DNA of 64,000 nucleotides from the human T2T-CHM13v2.0 reference genome, Homo sapiens. Within the stretch, counting starts at the first letter, position 1. Each line of letters starts with the position of its first letter. A program made the position numbers and the translations under genes. Shown here piece by piece: positions 1-14,379 of the stretch. The stretch lies in NCBI RefSeq assembly GCF_009914755.1, contig NC_060928.1. One strand, written 5' to 3'. The notes beneath the pieces are model-generated. The model did not search any database, was not told the origin of the DNA, and saw nothing but the letters and a program-made list of their open reading frames with translations.

Positions 1-334
1 TCACACACAAGGAAGCCTCAAACTTCCTGCAATATATTTCCTAATATTTTTATTTCGACATTGTCATTGATGCAATACGTAATTGTTCTTTGTTGGGTAT
101 GGTTGACACTCCCCAGACATATTTACAAAATCTCATTCCTCGATAATACACCCTTTGTTAAATAACTACTAAATTGTCTGGAAGTCTAATGAGTCACCAT
201 GAATAAGTTGCTATATGTAATTCAGTAAGAAAAAAAATCCAATAAGAACCTTAATATTTAAACAGAATTATAAAATACCTATTTATTAATATATATATTC
301 GCTACCATCTGCTAACCACTTTCATATTCATTCT

Positions 335-480
335 CCTATTTAATCTCCATGATGACCCTGTTCAGTTAGCATCATTATTAGCATTTTACAGATGAAGAAA
401 TAACTACTTATTAAAATTAAGTGACCTTGGCCAGTCACAAATAACAAAGGACAGATCAAGACTTTAACCCACTTGTCCAG
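335..480 (-). mobile_element. MIR
   Basis: Core cattttacagatgaagaaa. Confidence 0.65.
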
Positions 481-2111
481 AGACATTATACCAATTACTT
501 TTTGGTTCTACATTAAGTAGGAAAGAATCCAGTGATTTCTCATATTTTGCTATATGCCTGCATTTTTAAGAATTACGAGACTTTAGGCAGATCACTTAAA
601 GTCTCTGTGGTCCTTAGTATTTTGTTCTGTAAAATTAGGGATGTGAGCAGGTTAAAGGTACCTAGCCACTAGGATAGCAACCTGAAGACAAGGATCTTCA
701 ACAAATCTCTGAGCCTTACCTGAACAATGTTGGAACAATTACCACTGCCATGATTCCTTTTCTTCCAACCCCTACCCCCAACATGGTTTTACTCATTCAT
801 ACATTTATTCAGAACATACTTATGAAGCACCTGCCATGGGCCAAGAATTTTCAGGGGAAAAGGTAAAGAAACAGGAATAGAGTTCTTCCCTTATGCCTAA
901 GACTTCACTGCCAATAACTTCACCCCTGCCCAATTTCATGGAGAGACTAAAAGTGGTAGATTTCTGAGGATTCTTTGCGTCCTAAAAGGCCAGGAATCTA
1001 TGACTTCAGACATGATAAATCAAATTAAGAGAGTGATCGTAGGAAAGACAGACCTATAGAGAGAGAAATAATCAGGGAAACGGAGAGACCAAAGCCAAAA
1101 GTAACAGCTCACTCTGTTTCCCATTAACACTTCCTCAGATAACACAGAGCATTTGAACAGGGTCCAGGTAGAGCCAGTACTTTCACAGACCCAAAAGTGG
1201 CCCCATCCTGTCAGCCACAAGTCCCCACTGGCCCATTGTGCCTTGCTCACTACATTAATTCCAGAGCCTTATGGTCTGCTCACAGCTTGGATTACGGGAC
1301 CTGCCTAGGACCTTGGGGGCAGCCCTGCACCAAGGCTTTGAAATCCCAGATTTCCCAGTGGCAAAGATGGGTGGTGATGAATGTTTATGACTCCAAAGGA
1401 CCACTGTGAAGATTAATGACTTGTGTTTTGCAAAGAGTTTTTAAATCCCCAGATGAGAGCTGCTCATACAGCTGGCTTCTGCATGATTAGCATTTGCTTG
1501 CTTTAAATTGGTTACTACTGCCATATTTCAAGACCCAAAAAAAAGACCCAGATTAAAGGCAATGCCCAGGAGCCCACTGATAGCTTTTAGATTGTACTTC
1601 CCCAGAGGCTGATGAGCTGACAGAGATAGAACACTCCTATTCAGCACCACCTTTTGAGAGATACATTGCATCTTTACTTTCAGATGTGGGATCAAGAGCA
1701 TAAAAGTCACATTTGAACTAACATCTGATGTCTCCCTTGATACCATGCTGCAGACACTGTTAGGTTTTTGGAACATTTCCAGGCTAATAGCAAAATGATT
1801 TCTTATGGGACCATCAGAGGGGGAAAGACTGAGTAGAGATTTATCTTCCTACTTAGAAAAATAATTAGTAAATAAGTTTGAGTGATAATCACAGAAAATC
1901 CAAACTGGTTTAAAACATGTGACTTCTAACGATCTGTAAATTGATAAGAAACTGTATTTAGAATCGGATTCTCCTTAAAAAAAAGAAAAAGAAAAAAACT
2001 GGAGCAAAGCCTAGTTTGGGAATTCTATATTGTTGTCTACTTCAAGACTGATTTTTTTGATTGGTTGGCAATTTGAGTGACTTACACTTTAAACAACTAA
2101 AATAAATTACA

Positions 2112-2409
2112 GGTTGGATGCAGTGGCTCACACCTGTAAACCCAAAATTTGGGAGGCTGAGGCGAGAGGATCCCTTGAGTCTGGGAGTTTGAGACCAGCC
2201 TGGGCAACATAGTGACACTCAACCTCTACAAAAAAAATTTAAAAATTAGCCAGTCATGGTTGTGCATACCTGTAGTCCCAGCTACTCAGGAGATTGAGGA
2301 GGGGGGGATTAACGGAGCCCAGGAGTTCAAGGCTGCAGTGAGCAATGATCATGCCACTGCACTCCAGTCTGGCCAACAGAGCATGACCCTGTCTCAAAAA
2401 AAAAAAAAG
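2112..2409 (+). mobile_element. AluJ
   Basis: Dimeric Alu with ggagttcaaggctgcagtgagc and an A tail. Confidence 0.9.
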
Positions 2410-3489
2410 ACTTTTTTTTAAATGTTTAAATAAAGCAAATAAAGAATAATTAAAATAAATTGACATTGATTCAATGAAAAGAAAAGAAAATTACTATATT
2501 GTTTTTCCCCGTGAAGCATTTTCCCTGCCCTTTCAAGTTTTTTTAAGAATACCAAAAGTATCAAAATGAGCAAGAGGTTATAATTTATAATTATATGACT
2601 CATGCACAACACTAAAATGTTTCCATAGTACCACTAGGACAGATTTGGAAGCCAGCCTTGAAGTGGTTAGAAGTGCACTGAAAATCTGTATTTGAAAAGT
2701 TCTAATGGTTTCTAGAATCAGAGTTTTCACAAGTAAACCCTTGCCCTATAGATAAATTAGATTTTAAATGAATAACTGGTAATAATACATGAAGTAGTCA
2801 TATGAATATTATCAAACACTATTGACTATACACATCAAATGTAGAAGTAAATGAGGAAAAATGGTGACTTCATCAAAGCTTATTTTGAATTTCAATTTTC
2901 TTCATATTTGGTTAAGGTGTAAGTGGCCTGAGGAACGACAATAAGTTCTACAGCCTTAGGCTTCCAGGCTATTCTCAGGACTTCTCCTTGAGTCTGTGTT
3001 GAGAAAGCAAAAGACAAACTCATGAAGGTCACCCTCTGGCAAAGTCTCCCTATCTTCTTAAATAAATTTCACCAGTGACTAGAAGTAATATTGAATGGCT
3101 TGGTCTTAATAAGAAATTCAAAGAATATTCTTCCGTTGATTAACTAAAAAGGAACAAGGGATTTTCTGCCATAGTAATATTCACCATGCAACACCTGGAA
3201 GCAGCCACATTCACCAAGACACAGAAGCCTAGAGAATGAGGGTCAAGGCTGCACCTGTTGCAACATCTACTTGACTTCCTACTCCCATTTAGGGTGCTGG
3301 CCCATAAAATGGGTAGTTGCTATGGGACTGACAGATAGGAGCAGAGTAATCCAGGAGGTACATGGATAGTCTTAACTAAGAATGTGACTATTAGGAGCCT
3401 AGTGGTAGGGCTTGGATACCTAAAAATCAAGTTGCTACTAGGCTAGATGCCCTCGGAAATGGTCAAGTCAACTATAATAATAATTGGAG

Positions 3490-3680
3490 TGCCTACCATC
3501 TGACAGACTCTTTGCAAACATTATTAATAAAACAACTCCACAAGATCAGAATGATTGTCCCCATCTTGCAAATTAGGAAACTGAAGGTCAAGAAATTAAG
3601 TCATTTACCAAGTACATGTAGTTAGTACAGTGCAGAAAAAGCATAACCCAAATAGGCCAGTCTGACATCCAAGTCCATGT
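3490..3680 (-). mobile_element. MIR
   Basis: Core ccccatcttgcaaattaggaaactgaagg. Confidence 0.6.
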
Positions 3681-4450
3681 ACCAGACTTCCTCACAAACC
3701 CACTTACCTGAAGCGTAGAACTGCAAACGTATCTTTATGCATCCATGCGAACTTTTTATACACTTGGATCTGTTTTATGTGTACAGTCTTTAGAAACAAA
3801 AACACAGAAATCATCTAAGATGGTGGTCATATTTTACATAGTACATATCAAGACATTATCTGAGAAATTATTTTGTGTCAATTTCTGGATGTAATATCCA
3901 ATCTGTATGATACAATGTAGATTACACCACAATGGAATTTTTGATGGTGTTCATAGAACAAAAAGAAGGAAATTTTAAATCACTCCAGAAAATAAAGGAT
4001 AGATAAATAAATAACTATGAGACAGAGTCCCTACTTATAAGATACTTTCACACAGAGGGGGCAAGGCATAAAAAAATTAAATTAAAAAAATACTAAATAG
4101 CATGTAAGTCAGCTAGCTTTCAACTGCACTTAACATAAGAGCCAATTAAATGTAGCAATTAAGATAAGAGCCAATTAAACTAAGGTGTTGCATTTCCAAT
4201 TCTAGCAACATGGATGACTAAGTACTATGGCTAACACTACCATTGTAAACAATAGACAACACTGAATAAAATATTTTTAGTCTTCTAAATGACAAGCTGA
4301 GTATTCCAATTAGTAATAAATATTCAGAGCGAAAAAAACACTTGGTGGAAATGGTGACCAGAGAGGAAGAACACAGAAGCTGCCTTTCACCTTGAAGGAT
4401 TCACTGAACTGTATGAAGCTGAGCCATGAGAGTTTCAAGGCCTCACAGGC

Positions 4451-4819
4451 TGATTTGGCTTGGCTTTCTGTCCCCACGCAAATCTCATGTCGAATTGGAG
4501 GAGGGGTCTGGTGGGAAGTGATTGAATCATGGGGGTGGATTTCCCTTTTGCTGTTCTTGTGATAGTGAGTGAGTTCTCACAAGATCTGATGGTTTAAAAG
4601 TGTGTGACACTTTCCCCTTGTTCTCTGTCTCTCTCCTGCCACCATGTGAAGAAGGTCCTTTCTTCCCCTTTGCCTTCCGCCATGATTGTAAGTTTTCTGA
4701 GGCCTCCCAGTCATGCTTTCTGTAAACCTGTGGAACTGCGAGTCAATTAAACCTCTTTTCTTCATAAATTACCCAGTCTCCAGTAATTCTTCATATCAGT
4801 GTGAGACTGGACTAACACA
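4451..4819 (+). mobile_element. MaLR solo LTR (MSTA/THE1-like)
   Basis: TG...CA ends, 5-bp TSD CAGGC (4446-4450, 4820-4824), attaaacctcttttcttcataaattacccagtctc motif. Confidence 0.9.
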
Positions 4820-6090
4820 CAGGCCATAGAGGATAGAAGTCAATGACAAGCCATCCCAAGAAGTGAGGCACATAGAAGATGGTCCCACACAGAGCAGGAA
4901 CTGCCTATCCCCAAAGAAACTACACCCTCAAAATTCATGTGGAGTAGAAAAACAAAACCAGATCTCCAAAAGGGAAATTTCAATCCTGGTGTTAAATATC
5001 AACCCTGAGAATTTTTGTATCTACAAGTTGGCCCTCATAGCAGCCCAAATTCCTACCTAAAAAATTCAACTTCACTCAGAATTTAAAATAGCCCCAGGCT
5101 GGTGATACCTGCAGTTACCTGATACAAGGGCAAATCCTCCATGATGTAAGCTACCTTCAGCCTAAACTAAAAGGAATGATCACAGATAAGTTCAAAAAAA
5201 TATGAGTTCATAATACATACAAAAGAGATACAGAACACATACAGGAACAACATATGCTAGAGGCAGAAAGAGCAGTTGGCAGAATCAGATCTGCAAGACC
5301 TCAGCTATTAGAATACTCTGATGCATCTTGCTATAAGTATAATACAACATAGTATAATATAAAGAATAAATGAAGGCATTGAAAACATAAGAGCACCACA
5401 CTATAAAAATCTCCAAGTAGATTTGAAAAAACTGTATCATAGTTGACAAAAGAATTAGTGAACTAGAAGATGAATCTGAAAAAAAATTATCCACAATAGA
5501 AAACAGAGTCAAAAAGATGAAAAATATGAAATAAAATTGAGTCATGGAAGAAAGAATGAAAGGGACTAAAAATAAACCTCTAATAGGAGAGTTTTTTTAA
5601 GGGAGAGGAGAGAGAGTAGAGGCAATATTTGAAGATATAATAGCTAAGAATTTTCCAGAACTGATAAAAAGATACCAATCCACAGATTCGAGAATTCCAA
5701 TGAATTTCAAACAAGATATATAAAACACAGCTAAACAAATTATATTGAAACTGTAGAACAGAAAAGAAAAAGTAAAGCTTTTTTAAAAAACACCCTAATG
5801 AAAGGCAGAGGAATGGCAATTGGACTGTGAGCTGACTACGCAACAGCAATAATGTGGACAAGAAGATAATGGATTGATAACCAAAGTGGCAAATGCATGC
5901 TTAAATCTAAACAAATGCAGACTATAAACACAATAATAAAAAGGACTTGTGTGGTAAAGAAAAACAGCAATGATACCACATAAGTTAAGGAGACAGAAAG
6001 CAGTGAAATGTTCTACCATCATTATGTTGTCTAAAGGAAAGTAAAGACATTGGCTAATTTTAGACTTAGGTGACTTAAATATACATATTT

Positions 6091-6335
6091 ATGTTACGGG
6101 GTGAATTGTGTCCACCAAAAAGATATGTTCAAGTCTTAACTCCCGATACCCATGAATGTGACCTTATTTGGAAATAGGGTCTTTGCAGATGTTGAGATGA
6201 GGTCATACTGAGTTACGGTGGGCCCTAATACAGTGACTGGTATCTTTAAAAGAAGAGAGAAATTTGGACACACGGACAGGAAGAAAATGTCACTTGGTGA
6301 TGGAGGCAGAGATTGGAGTGATACATCTACAAGTC
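6091..6335 (+). mobile_element. MLT1 (MLT1B/C-like) LTR fragment
   Basis: gaatgtgaccttatttggaaatagggtctttgcagatg motif. Confidence 0.8.
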
Positions 6336-6699
6336 AACTCGTTTTATTACGAGTCTAGCAAAACCTTGATTCAAAAACTTGTCGAGGGCAGAAGGACAAA
6401 AGAAATTACAGCCCAGTATTTCTCAGGGACACAGATGCAAATATCCTAAGGAAAATATCGGTGAACAATAGAACAATGCATAAAAGAGAAAATATATTAC
6501 AAACAAGTTGGTTTTACCCCAGGAATGAAAACTTAGTCTAATATTAGAAAATCAGAAAATATAGTTTACCACATTAAAAATTAATGGAAAGAATTATACA
6601 ATTACCTCAACAGATGCAGAAAAAGTATTTGATAAATCTCATAACAGCAACTTTTAGCAAACTAGAACTTCTTAACCTAGTAGAGAATATCTATAAAAA

Positions 6700-7243
6700 T
6701 TTGACCCCAGCAATCCCATTACTTGTTATATACCCAAAGGAATATAAATCATTCTATTACAAAGATAATGCACACATATGTTCATTCCAGCACTATTTAC
6801 ACTAACAAAGACATGGAATCAACCCAAATGCCCAACCATGATAGACTGGATAAAGAAAATTTGGTACACATACACCATGGAATACTATGCAGCCATAAAA
6901 AGGAACAATATCATGTCCTTTGCAAGGACATGGATAGAAGTGGAAGCCATTATCCTCAGCAAACTAATGCAGGAACAGAAAACCAAACATCACGTTTTCT
7001 CACTTATAAGTGGGAGCTGAAAGATGAGAACACATGGACACAGGGAGGGGAACAACACACACTGGGACCTGTGGGGGATGAGGTAAAGGGAGGGAGAACA
7101 TCAGGAAAAATAGTTAATGTATGCTGGGCTTAATACCTAGGTGACGGGTTGATGGGTGCAGCAAACCACCATGGCACATGTTTACCTATGTAACAAACCT
7201 GCACATCCTGCACATGTACCCCAAAACTTAAAAATAAAAATAA
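6700..7243 (+). mobile_element. 5'-truncated L1PA 3' end
   Basis: ORF2 C-terminus (TWNQPKCP...FSLISGS) and 3'UTR; 16-bp TSD agaatatctataaaaa at 6684-6699 and 7244-7259. Confidence 0.92.
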
Positions 7244-7281
7244 AGAATATCTATAAAAACCTATAGCAAACTTTACACTTA

Positions 7282-7601
<320 letters not shown>

Positions 7602-8076
7602 GAATACCAAAAGCATTCACTTTAAGATTAGGAAGAAGACAAGAGTTCCTGTACTTCCACTCTTACTCAACATTGGTTGGGTATCCTAACCAGCATAGTA
7701 ATGCAAGAAAAAAAAATAAAGAATCAAAAGGAAGAAACAAACAGTCATGTTTACAGATGATGTAATTGTCTATGTAAAAGATTAAATAATAACCTATAAG
7801 AGAGTTAATAAAAGAGTTTAGCAAAGTTGAACAACACAAAATCAAGGTATAAAAATCTATTGCATTTCCATTCACTCTCAACAAAAAGGAAATATTTAAT
7901 GAATACGTACCATATATAATAGCACTAAAACATATAAAGTCCCTAATAATAAACTTATTAGAAGATGAGCAATACCTTTCTGATAAAACTATAAAACTTC
8001 ATTTTAAAAAAAAAAAAAGGCTAAATATCATATTAACAGATTAGAAAATTCAGTATCATAAAAATGTTAATTATCA

Positions 8077-8443
<367 letters not shown>

Positions 8444-8729
8444 TCAGATCTTGGCTACATGATTCTAAAAAAAAATATGGAAGAGCAAAGGGCTAAGAAT
8501 AGCCAAGAAAGCAATAAAGAAGAACAAGTTGGAGGTGAAGGGGCTTATCTTACCAGATATCAAAAATTATTACAAGGCTTTAAGATACTGGTATTGGTGA
8601 AGGGATAGGCAGTTTTCACACATATGGAAACCTGATACGATGGAGCTGGTAAGATAGATCACTGAAGAGGGCAGACACCAATAAATACTCCTAGGATAAT
8701 TGGTTAACTGTATTAAAAAAATAATAAAA

Positions 8730-8870
8730 GCTGCACACAGGAGTGTGCACCTGTAGTCACAGCTACTCAAGAGACTGAGGCAGGAAGATCACTTGAGTCC
8801 AGGAGTTCAAAGGCAGCCTGGGCAATGTAACAATACCTCGCCTCAAATAATAATCATAGTAATAATAATA
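8730..8870 (+). mobile_element. Free Alu monomer (FLAM-like)
   Basis: Single Alu arm with an (AAT)n-like tail. Confidence 0.75.
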
Positions 8871-9720
8871 AATTGGACCTCTTTCCTCACACCAGTTCCA
8901 GGTGGATTATACATTTAGCTGTGAAAGGCAAAATTATAAAACTGTTAGAAGATAATGTGTACTCAAAGTAAGGATTTATTTAACAAGACACAAAAAGCAG
9001 AAGCCATAAAATAAAATAATAAATTTGAGTAACTTAAAATTAAGAAACTCTATTCAACAAAAGGCACAATAAAATGAGTCAAAAATTAAGTCTTCACTGA
9101 AAGATCTTTGTAGGTTATATAATTATTAAAGAATTCACATCTAAAATATATAAAGAACTTCTAAAAATAAGTAAGTAAAATTCATGGAATCCAATAGAAA
9201 AAAAAATAGGAAAAAACAGGCAAAAAAATTAAGTATTTCAGAGAAGGAAGCCAAATGGCTAATGAACATACAAAAATATAATCATATAAATACAAATTAA
9301 AATCTCAGTGAAATATTTCACAACAACATATCGTCAAAAATTTTAAAGTCAGACAGCAAGGATTCTCAAGGATGTAGAACAAGAGAACACTTATTTCCAT
9401 GGAAAGAGGATAAATAAATATAAGCATCTTGGGAATCACTTCATCCTTAGCAGGGTTGAAAAGTACCTTCCTGCAGCCCAGCAATTCCATCTTTAGGGAA
9501 GCCTTCCTTGCTCTGAACCAGAGTTGACTGGGCCAGGGGGTGACATGCTCCAGGGCTATCACTGCCCAGGCCCTGCCCAGTCACCCCAAGGGCCAGAGGG
9601 AATCAGTATCTCCACACCCCTGTAACCCATTTGCAGCACAGCAATGTGCAAAGCACATCACTCGAGAAATGCTGCCGTAGAAAAACACTCTCACATGTTC
9701 ACCATAGGAAATAGGAGACT

Positions 9721-9976
9721 GCCGGTCATAGTGGTGCAAGCCTGTCATCCCAGCACTTTGGGAGATCAAGATGGGAGGATCGCTTCAGCTCAGCAGTTTG
9801 AGATCAGTCTAGGCAATGTGGCGAAACCCATCTCTATGAAAAATATAAAAATTATCTGGGCACAGTGGTGTGTGCCTGTAGTCCCAGCTGCCTGGAAGGC
9901 TGAGGTGGGAGGATCACTTGAGCCTGGCAAGTTGAGGCTGCAGTGAGCCGAGATCACATGAATAACCAGACCCTGG
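9721..9976 (+). mobile_element. AluJ
   Basis: Dimeric Alu running into a GA-rich tract. Confidence 0.85.
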
Positions 9977-10327
9977 AAAGAAGAGAGGGAGAGAGAGAGA
10001 GAGAGAGAAAAGGAAGGAAGAGAGGAAGAGAAAAGAGAAAGAAAGAGAGAGAGGAAGGAAGAGAAAGAAAGGAAGAAAGAAAGAAAAAGAAAGAAAGAAA
10101 GAGCAAGGGAGGGAGGGAGGAACGAAGGAAAGAAAGAAAGAGAGAAATGGAGGGAGGGAGGGAATGAAAGAAAGAAAGAAGGAAAGAAAGAACGAAAGGA
10201 AGGAAGGAAGGAGGAGGGAAAGGAAGGAAGGGAGGGAGAGAAAGAGAAAGAAGAAAGAAAGAAAAGACGAAAGAAGGAAAGAAAGAGAGAAAGAAAGAAC
10301 AAAAGAAAGAAAGAAAGAAAGAACGAA
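9977..10327. repeat. Polypurine (GA/GAAA/GGAA) low-complexity tract
   Basis: About 350 nt almost entirely A/G. Confidence 0.95.
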
Positions 10328-10642
10328 CGGTGGTTCGTGCCTGTAATCCCAGCACTTCGGGAGGCCGAAGCAGAAGAATCACTTGACCCAGGAGTTTGAG
10401 AGCAGCCTGGACAACATAGCAAGACTCTGTCTCTATTTTTTTTATTTGGAAAAAATAATAATAAAATTTTAAAAATAAAAAAGAATAGTCAGGAGTCGTG
10501 GTGCTCTCCTGTAGCTACTCAGGAGGCTGAGGTGGGAGGATCGGCTTGAACTCAAGAGTTTGAGGCTGCAGTGAGCTATGATCATGCCACTGGACCTTAG
10601 TCTGGGCAACAGAAGCAAGATCCTGACTCTAAAAAAAAAAAA
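10328..10642 (+). mobile_element. Old Alu (J-like) left and right arms with an AT-rich linker
   Basis: Left arm 10328-10435, right arm about 10490-10642. Confidence 0.8.
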
Positions 10643-11549
10643 GAGGGAGAGAAAGAGAGGGAGAAATACAGAAAGAATAGAAAACTCTAGAAACAATCAA
10701 AATATCCATTAACAGAAGAGTCATGTAGCAGAATATAGCAGTAAAAGCAAATAAATTGCAATAACAACATGAATGGATCTGAGAAACATAATGTCCAGCA
10801 TAAACAAGTTAAAAAAATATGCAGTATGATACCATGTGTACAATATTGAAGACCAGGCAAAATTAAGTAATATACTTTTAAGAATACAAATACATGTGGG
10901 AAAAAAAAACATTTAAAAACAAATGAACTGAAAACACATACACAAAGCCAGAGAATGATGTACACAAATTTTACAGGGATGGAAATTTTGTTAGGGGAAG
11001 CAGGAGCTTCCATCCCCTTATTACCTTCAATACCCATTATTGCCTTTGGGAGACCGCAAGGGTAATGGTAATATCATTTTCTTATGCTAGGCTTTGTGTG
11101 AATGCGTGTTCATATATTGTTATTCTCTGTATTTTATAGATGTAATGCTATTTAATGCTTAACACAAATTATTAATAAAACTCCACAAAGTATCTATGAC
11201 AACTCTACAAAAAAGCCCAGGGTTAGGCTGGATCCAGAGCTGGCTCTTCAGTGGCACAATGACATCATCCAGGATCAAGATCCTCTCCACTCTTCTGCTC
11301 ACTTTGCAATCCTCAATTTATCAACAGTCTTTCCTTCTGCTCACAAACTGACCACAGAACTTCCAAATGTTACAAAAACCCAGGAATATACCCAGCAAAG
11401 AAGGAGGGTCTCCATCCATGCATTTATTAGTGAGACAACCCTTCTACAGAAGACGTCCCCTCAGTGCCATTGACCAGGATTTGGGGCACATGTCCATTCC
11501 TAAACGAATCCTGGGCAAAGAATACTGGATCATCATGACTGGCTTAGAA

Positions 11550-11725
11550 CACTGATTCTCAAAGTTTGGTCCTTGGGCCATCAGCATCAGCATTCCCTCA
11601 AAACTTGATAGAAATGCCCTACCCAAGACCTATGGAATCAGATATTCTGGGGGTGCAGCTCAGCAGCCTGTGTTTTAATACATTCCCCAAGTGAATCTCA
11701 TGCATGCTAGAGTTTGAGAACACTG
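11550..11725. mobile_element. MER5A (hAT-Charlie MITE) inside an old MLT1 LTR
   Basis: Ends cactgattctcaaagt / agtttgagaacactg; 8-bp TSD-like gcttagaa / gcttaggc. Confidence 0.8.
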
Positions 11726-12599
11726 GCTTAGGCTTAGACTAATTCAAACTTAAACTCCGAAGCTAGAGATATGATCACATTCCTGAGGACACAGGAGGGA
11801 AAGTGAACACCTAATCAAATGTGGGGCTGTCACAGGAAAGAAAGACGTTTGCCATAGAGTCTCCCTGAAGAATCCTTCAGGACATCAGAGAAGGGTTAGA
11901 GGCCTCAAGCAAAGCGAAATGTGACTTGGCTCAGCAGGATGAGAGAAGTTCATAGGAATGGGAAGGAAGGGCATTTCAAAAAGTAGAAAGAAAATGAGAA
12001 AGTCACTATACTTCCTTTAGCCCAGAGCCACTTAACTAATTGGGATTCATTTGTTGCAGATAAAGTAAAAATTCATTTCCCCAAATGTCAATCTAATAAT
12101 ATAAAAGCCCCCAACACCTTCTTTTTCAATTATAAATATGCCTAAAGGGGAATTATAATGTTAAAGTACCGCAGTGTGAACAAAGCGACTAATTCCCCTG
12201 TGGTTATTTTTCATGTTTAGATTAACTTAGGGAGACTCTGTATTACCCACGTCAGAATTTCTCTGTACACCTAAATTATCATCACTATTTTCCTCAAACA
12301 TGTTCTAACAACAATATCTGGAGTCATAGTTTTAAGTACTTTGAGGGTTTTCTAATGTGAATAAGAAATGAATATCAAAAGGTGGCAAATAAATAAGTTA
12401 AAGACAAATAACAGACCAGAGGGAATATCTGCAACATGTAGAAAAGGAAAGAAGTTGATGTTCATAATATATACAAAGATCCTACAAATAAGAAAGAAAA
12501 AGAAACAAAATTCAATTAAAAATGAGAAAGGATGTAAACAGGTCATCCATTTATTCATTCACTCAACTACCCATTTTTTAAAATTCCATATCATTTGCA

Positions 12600-12785
12600 T
12601 CCTGGCTCCACCCTTCCTAGTTGTGTGACCTGGGACAGTTTGTTTAAATTCTGTACAGCTCAGTTTTCCCACCAGCCATAAGCAGATAATAATAGTACGT
12701 ACTTCATAGGGTCTTTGTAAGTATCAAAACAGTAAATATACGTTAAAGGCACAAGAAGCCTCAGAAATGCTAGCTATCAAGTTAT
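12600..12785 (+). mobile_element. MIR
   Basis: ctagttgtgtgacctggg...ctcagtttt...ataataatagtacgtacttcataggg. Confidence 0.65.
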
Positions 12786-13499
12786 TATCTTATATATTAC
12801 AAGACAGGCACTCTTCTAGGCATGGCAATTCTCAAAAGAAGAAAAATGAATAGTCAGAAAATAGCAAACAATGCTTACTATCAACAATATGCACAGGTTT
12901 GTGGGGATATAGCATTCTCATGCTTCATCAGTGTAAACTCGGAGCAAAGATTGTGGAACAAGTGAATAGCATCAACTTTAAATGCATATACAACGTGATG
13001 CCAGAATGCTACCCATAGGACTTTACTTGAAGATACTCAAAAAAGCATGAAAATGTTTATCACCATATTTTTATAACAGAAAAGAATACTGGAAATATCC
13101 TAAATGTCCATATATGGGGACTGGTAAAAGAAATATGGTACATTTAAATTATGGGAAATCTATTAACAAACTAAGATAGATATATATATACTGATATGAA
13201 GACACCTTCAAGATATAATATTAAGTTTTTCGAATGAGTGTAACATGATCCTTTTGTGAACATCTTAAAGGGTTTACACATATATTGCATATGCATGAAC
13301 ATTTCTTGGGAAAGAAAATGTCACTGTGGGAAAAAGAACTAAAGATCAGGGATGGTGGGAAGTTATTTCCATTTTTCCTTTTTATACTACTGGAATTTTT
13401 CTATAGCTATTCTTTTTAATGTGGTGAGATTATGAGTTGTCTTTTTTCTTCTTTATTTTTTCAGGGTTTTTTAAATCTAACACTTAAAAAAAGCACAGG

Positions 13500-13870
13500 T
13501 GCTTATCTCACAATTTTTAAGGGTCAGAAATTCAAGAGTGGCTTATTAGGATGGCAGGATGCTTCTAGCTCAGGATCTTTCATGAGGCTGCAGTCTCAGC
13601 TGAAGGCTTGGTTGAAGCCAGAAGACTTGATTGCAAGGTCACCCATGTGTCCATCAGCCAGAGGCCTCAGTTCTTCACCAAGTGGGCCTTTTCATAGGTC
13701 TGCTCACAATATGGCAGCTGGCTTTCCCCAGAGCAAGTGTTCTAAGAGAGAGAGCAAGAGAACAAGTAGGAAGCCACAGTGGCTTTCATGAAATGGCCTC
13801 TGAAGTTATATTCCATCACTTCTGCTTTATTCTATTCATTAGAAGTGAATAGTATCCATGAGTTTGCAGA
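13500..13870 (-). mobile_element. MLT1 LTR fragment
   Basis: ttatctcacaattttt...ggtcagaaattcaagagtggctta and atggcagctggctttccccagagcaagtg motifs. Confidence 0.7.
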
Positions 13871-14028
13871 CATTTCAAAACCACAAATGACAGAAGAGGA
13901 ATATTTATGAGTTAAATATAGAAAGAAAGAGAAGTAGGATTTGATGTATTGAAGTAGATTTGTGAAAAGAACACTAACCTTGAATCAGGAGAGCTGGGGT
14001 TTATTTCACCACATACAGCAAGTACCTA

Positions 14029-14379
<351 letters not shown>

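Noticed and set aside
4130-4179. Two 21-nt direct repeats (ttaaSataagagccaattaaa) with a short spacer
   Set aside because: Only two copies; a simple local duplication, not a CRISPR-like or functional array.
9790-10422. 210-aa F/S/L-rich and K/E/R-rich ORFs
   Set aside because: Translations of the polypurine tract and flanking Alus.
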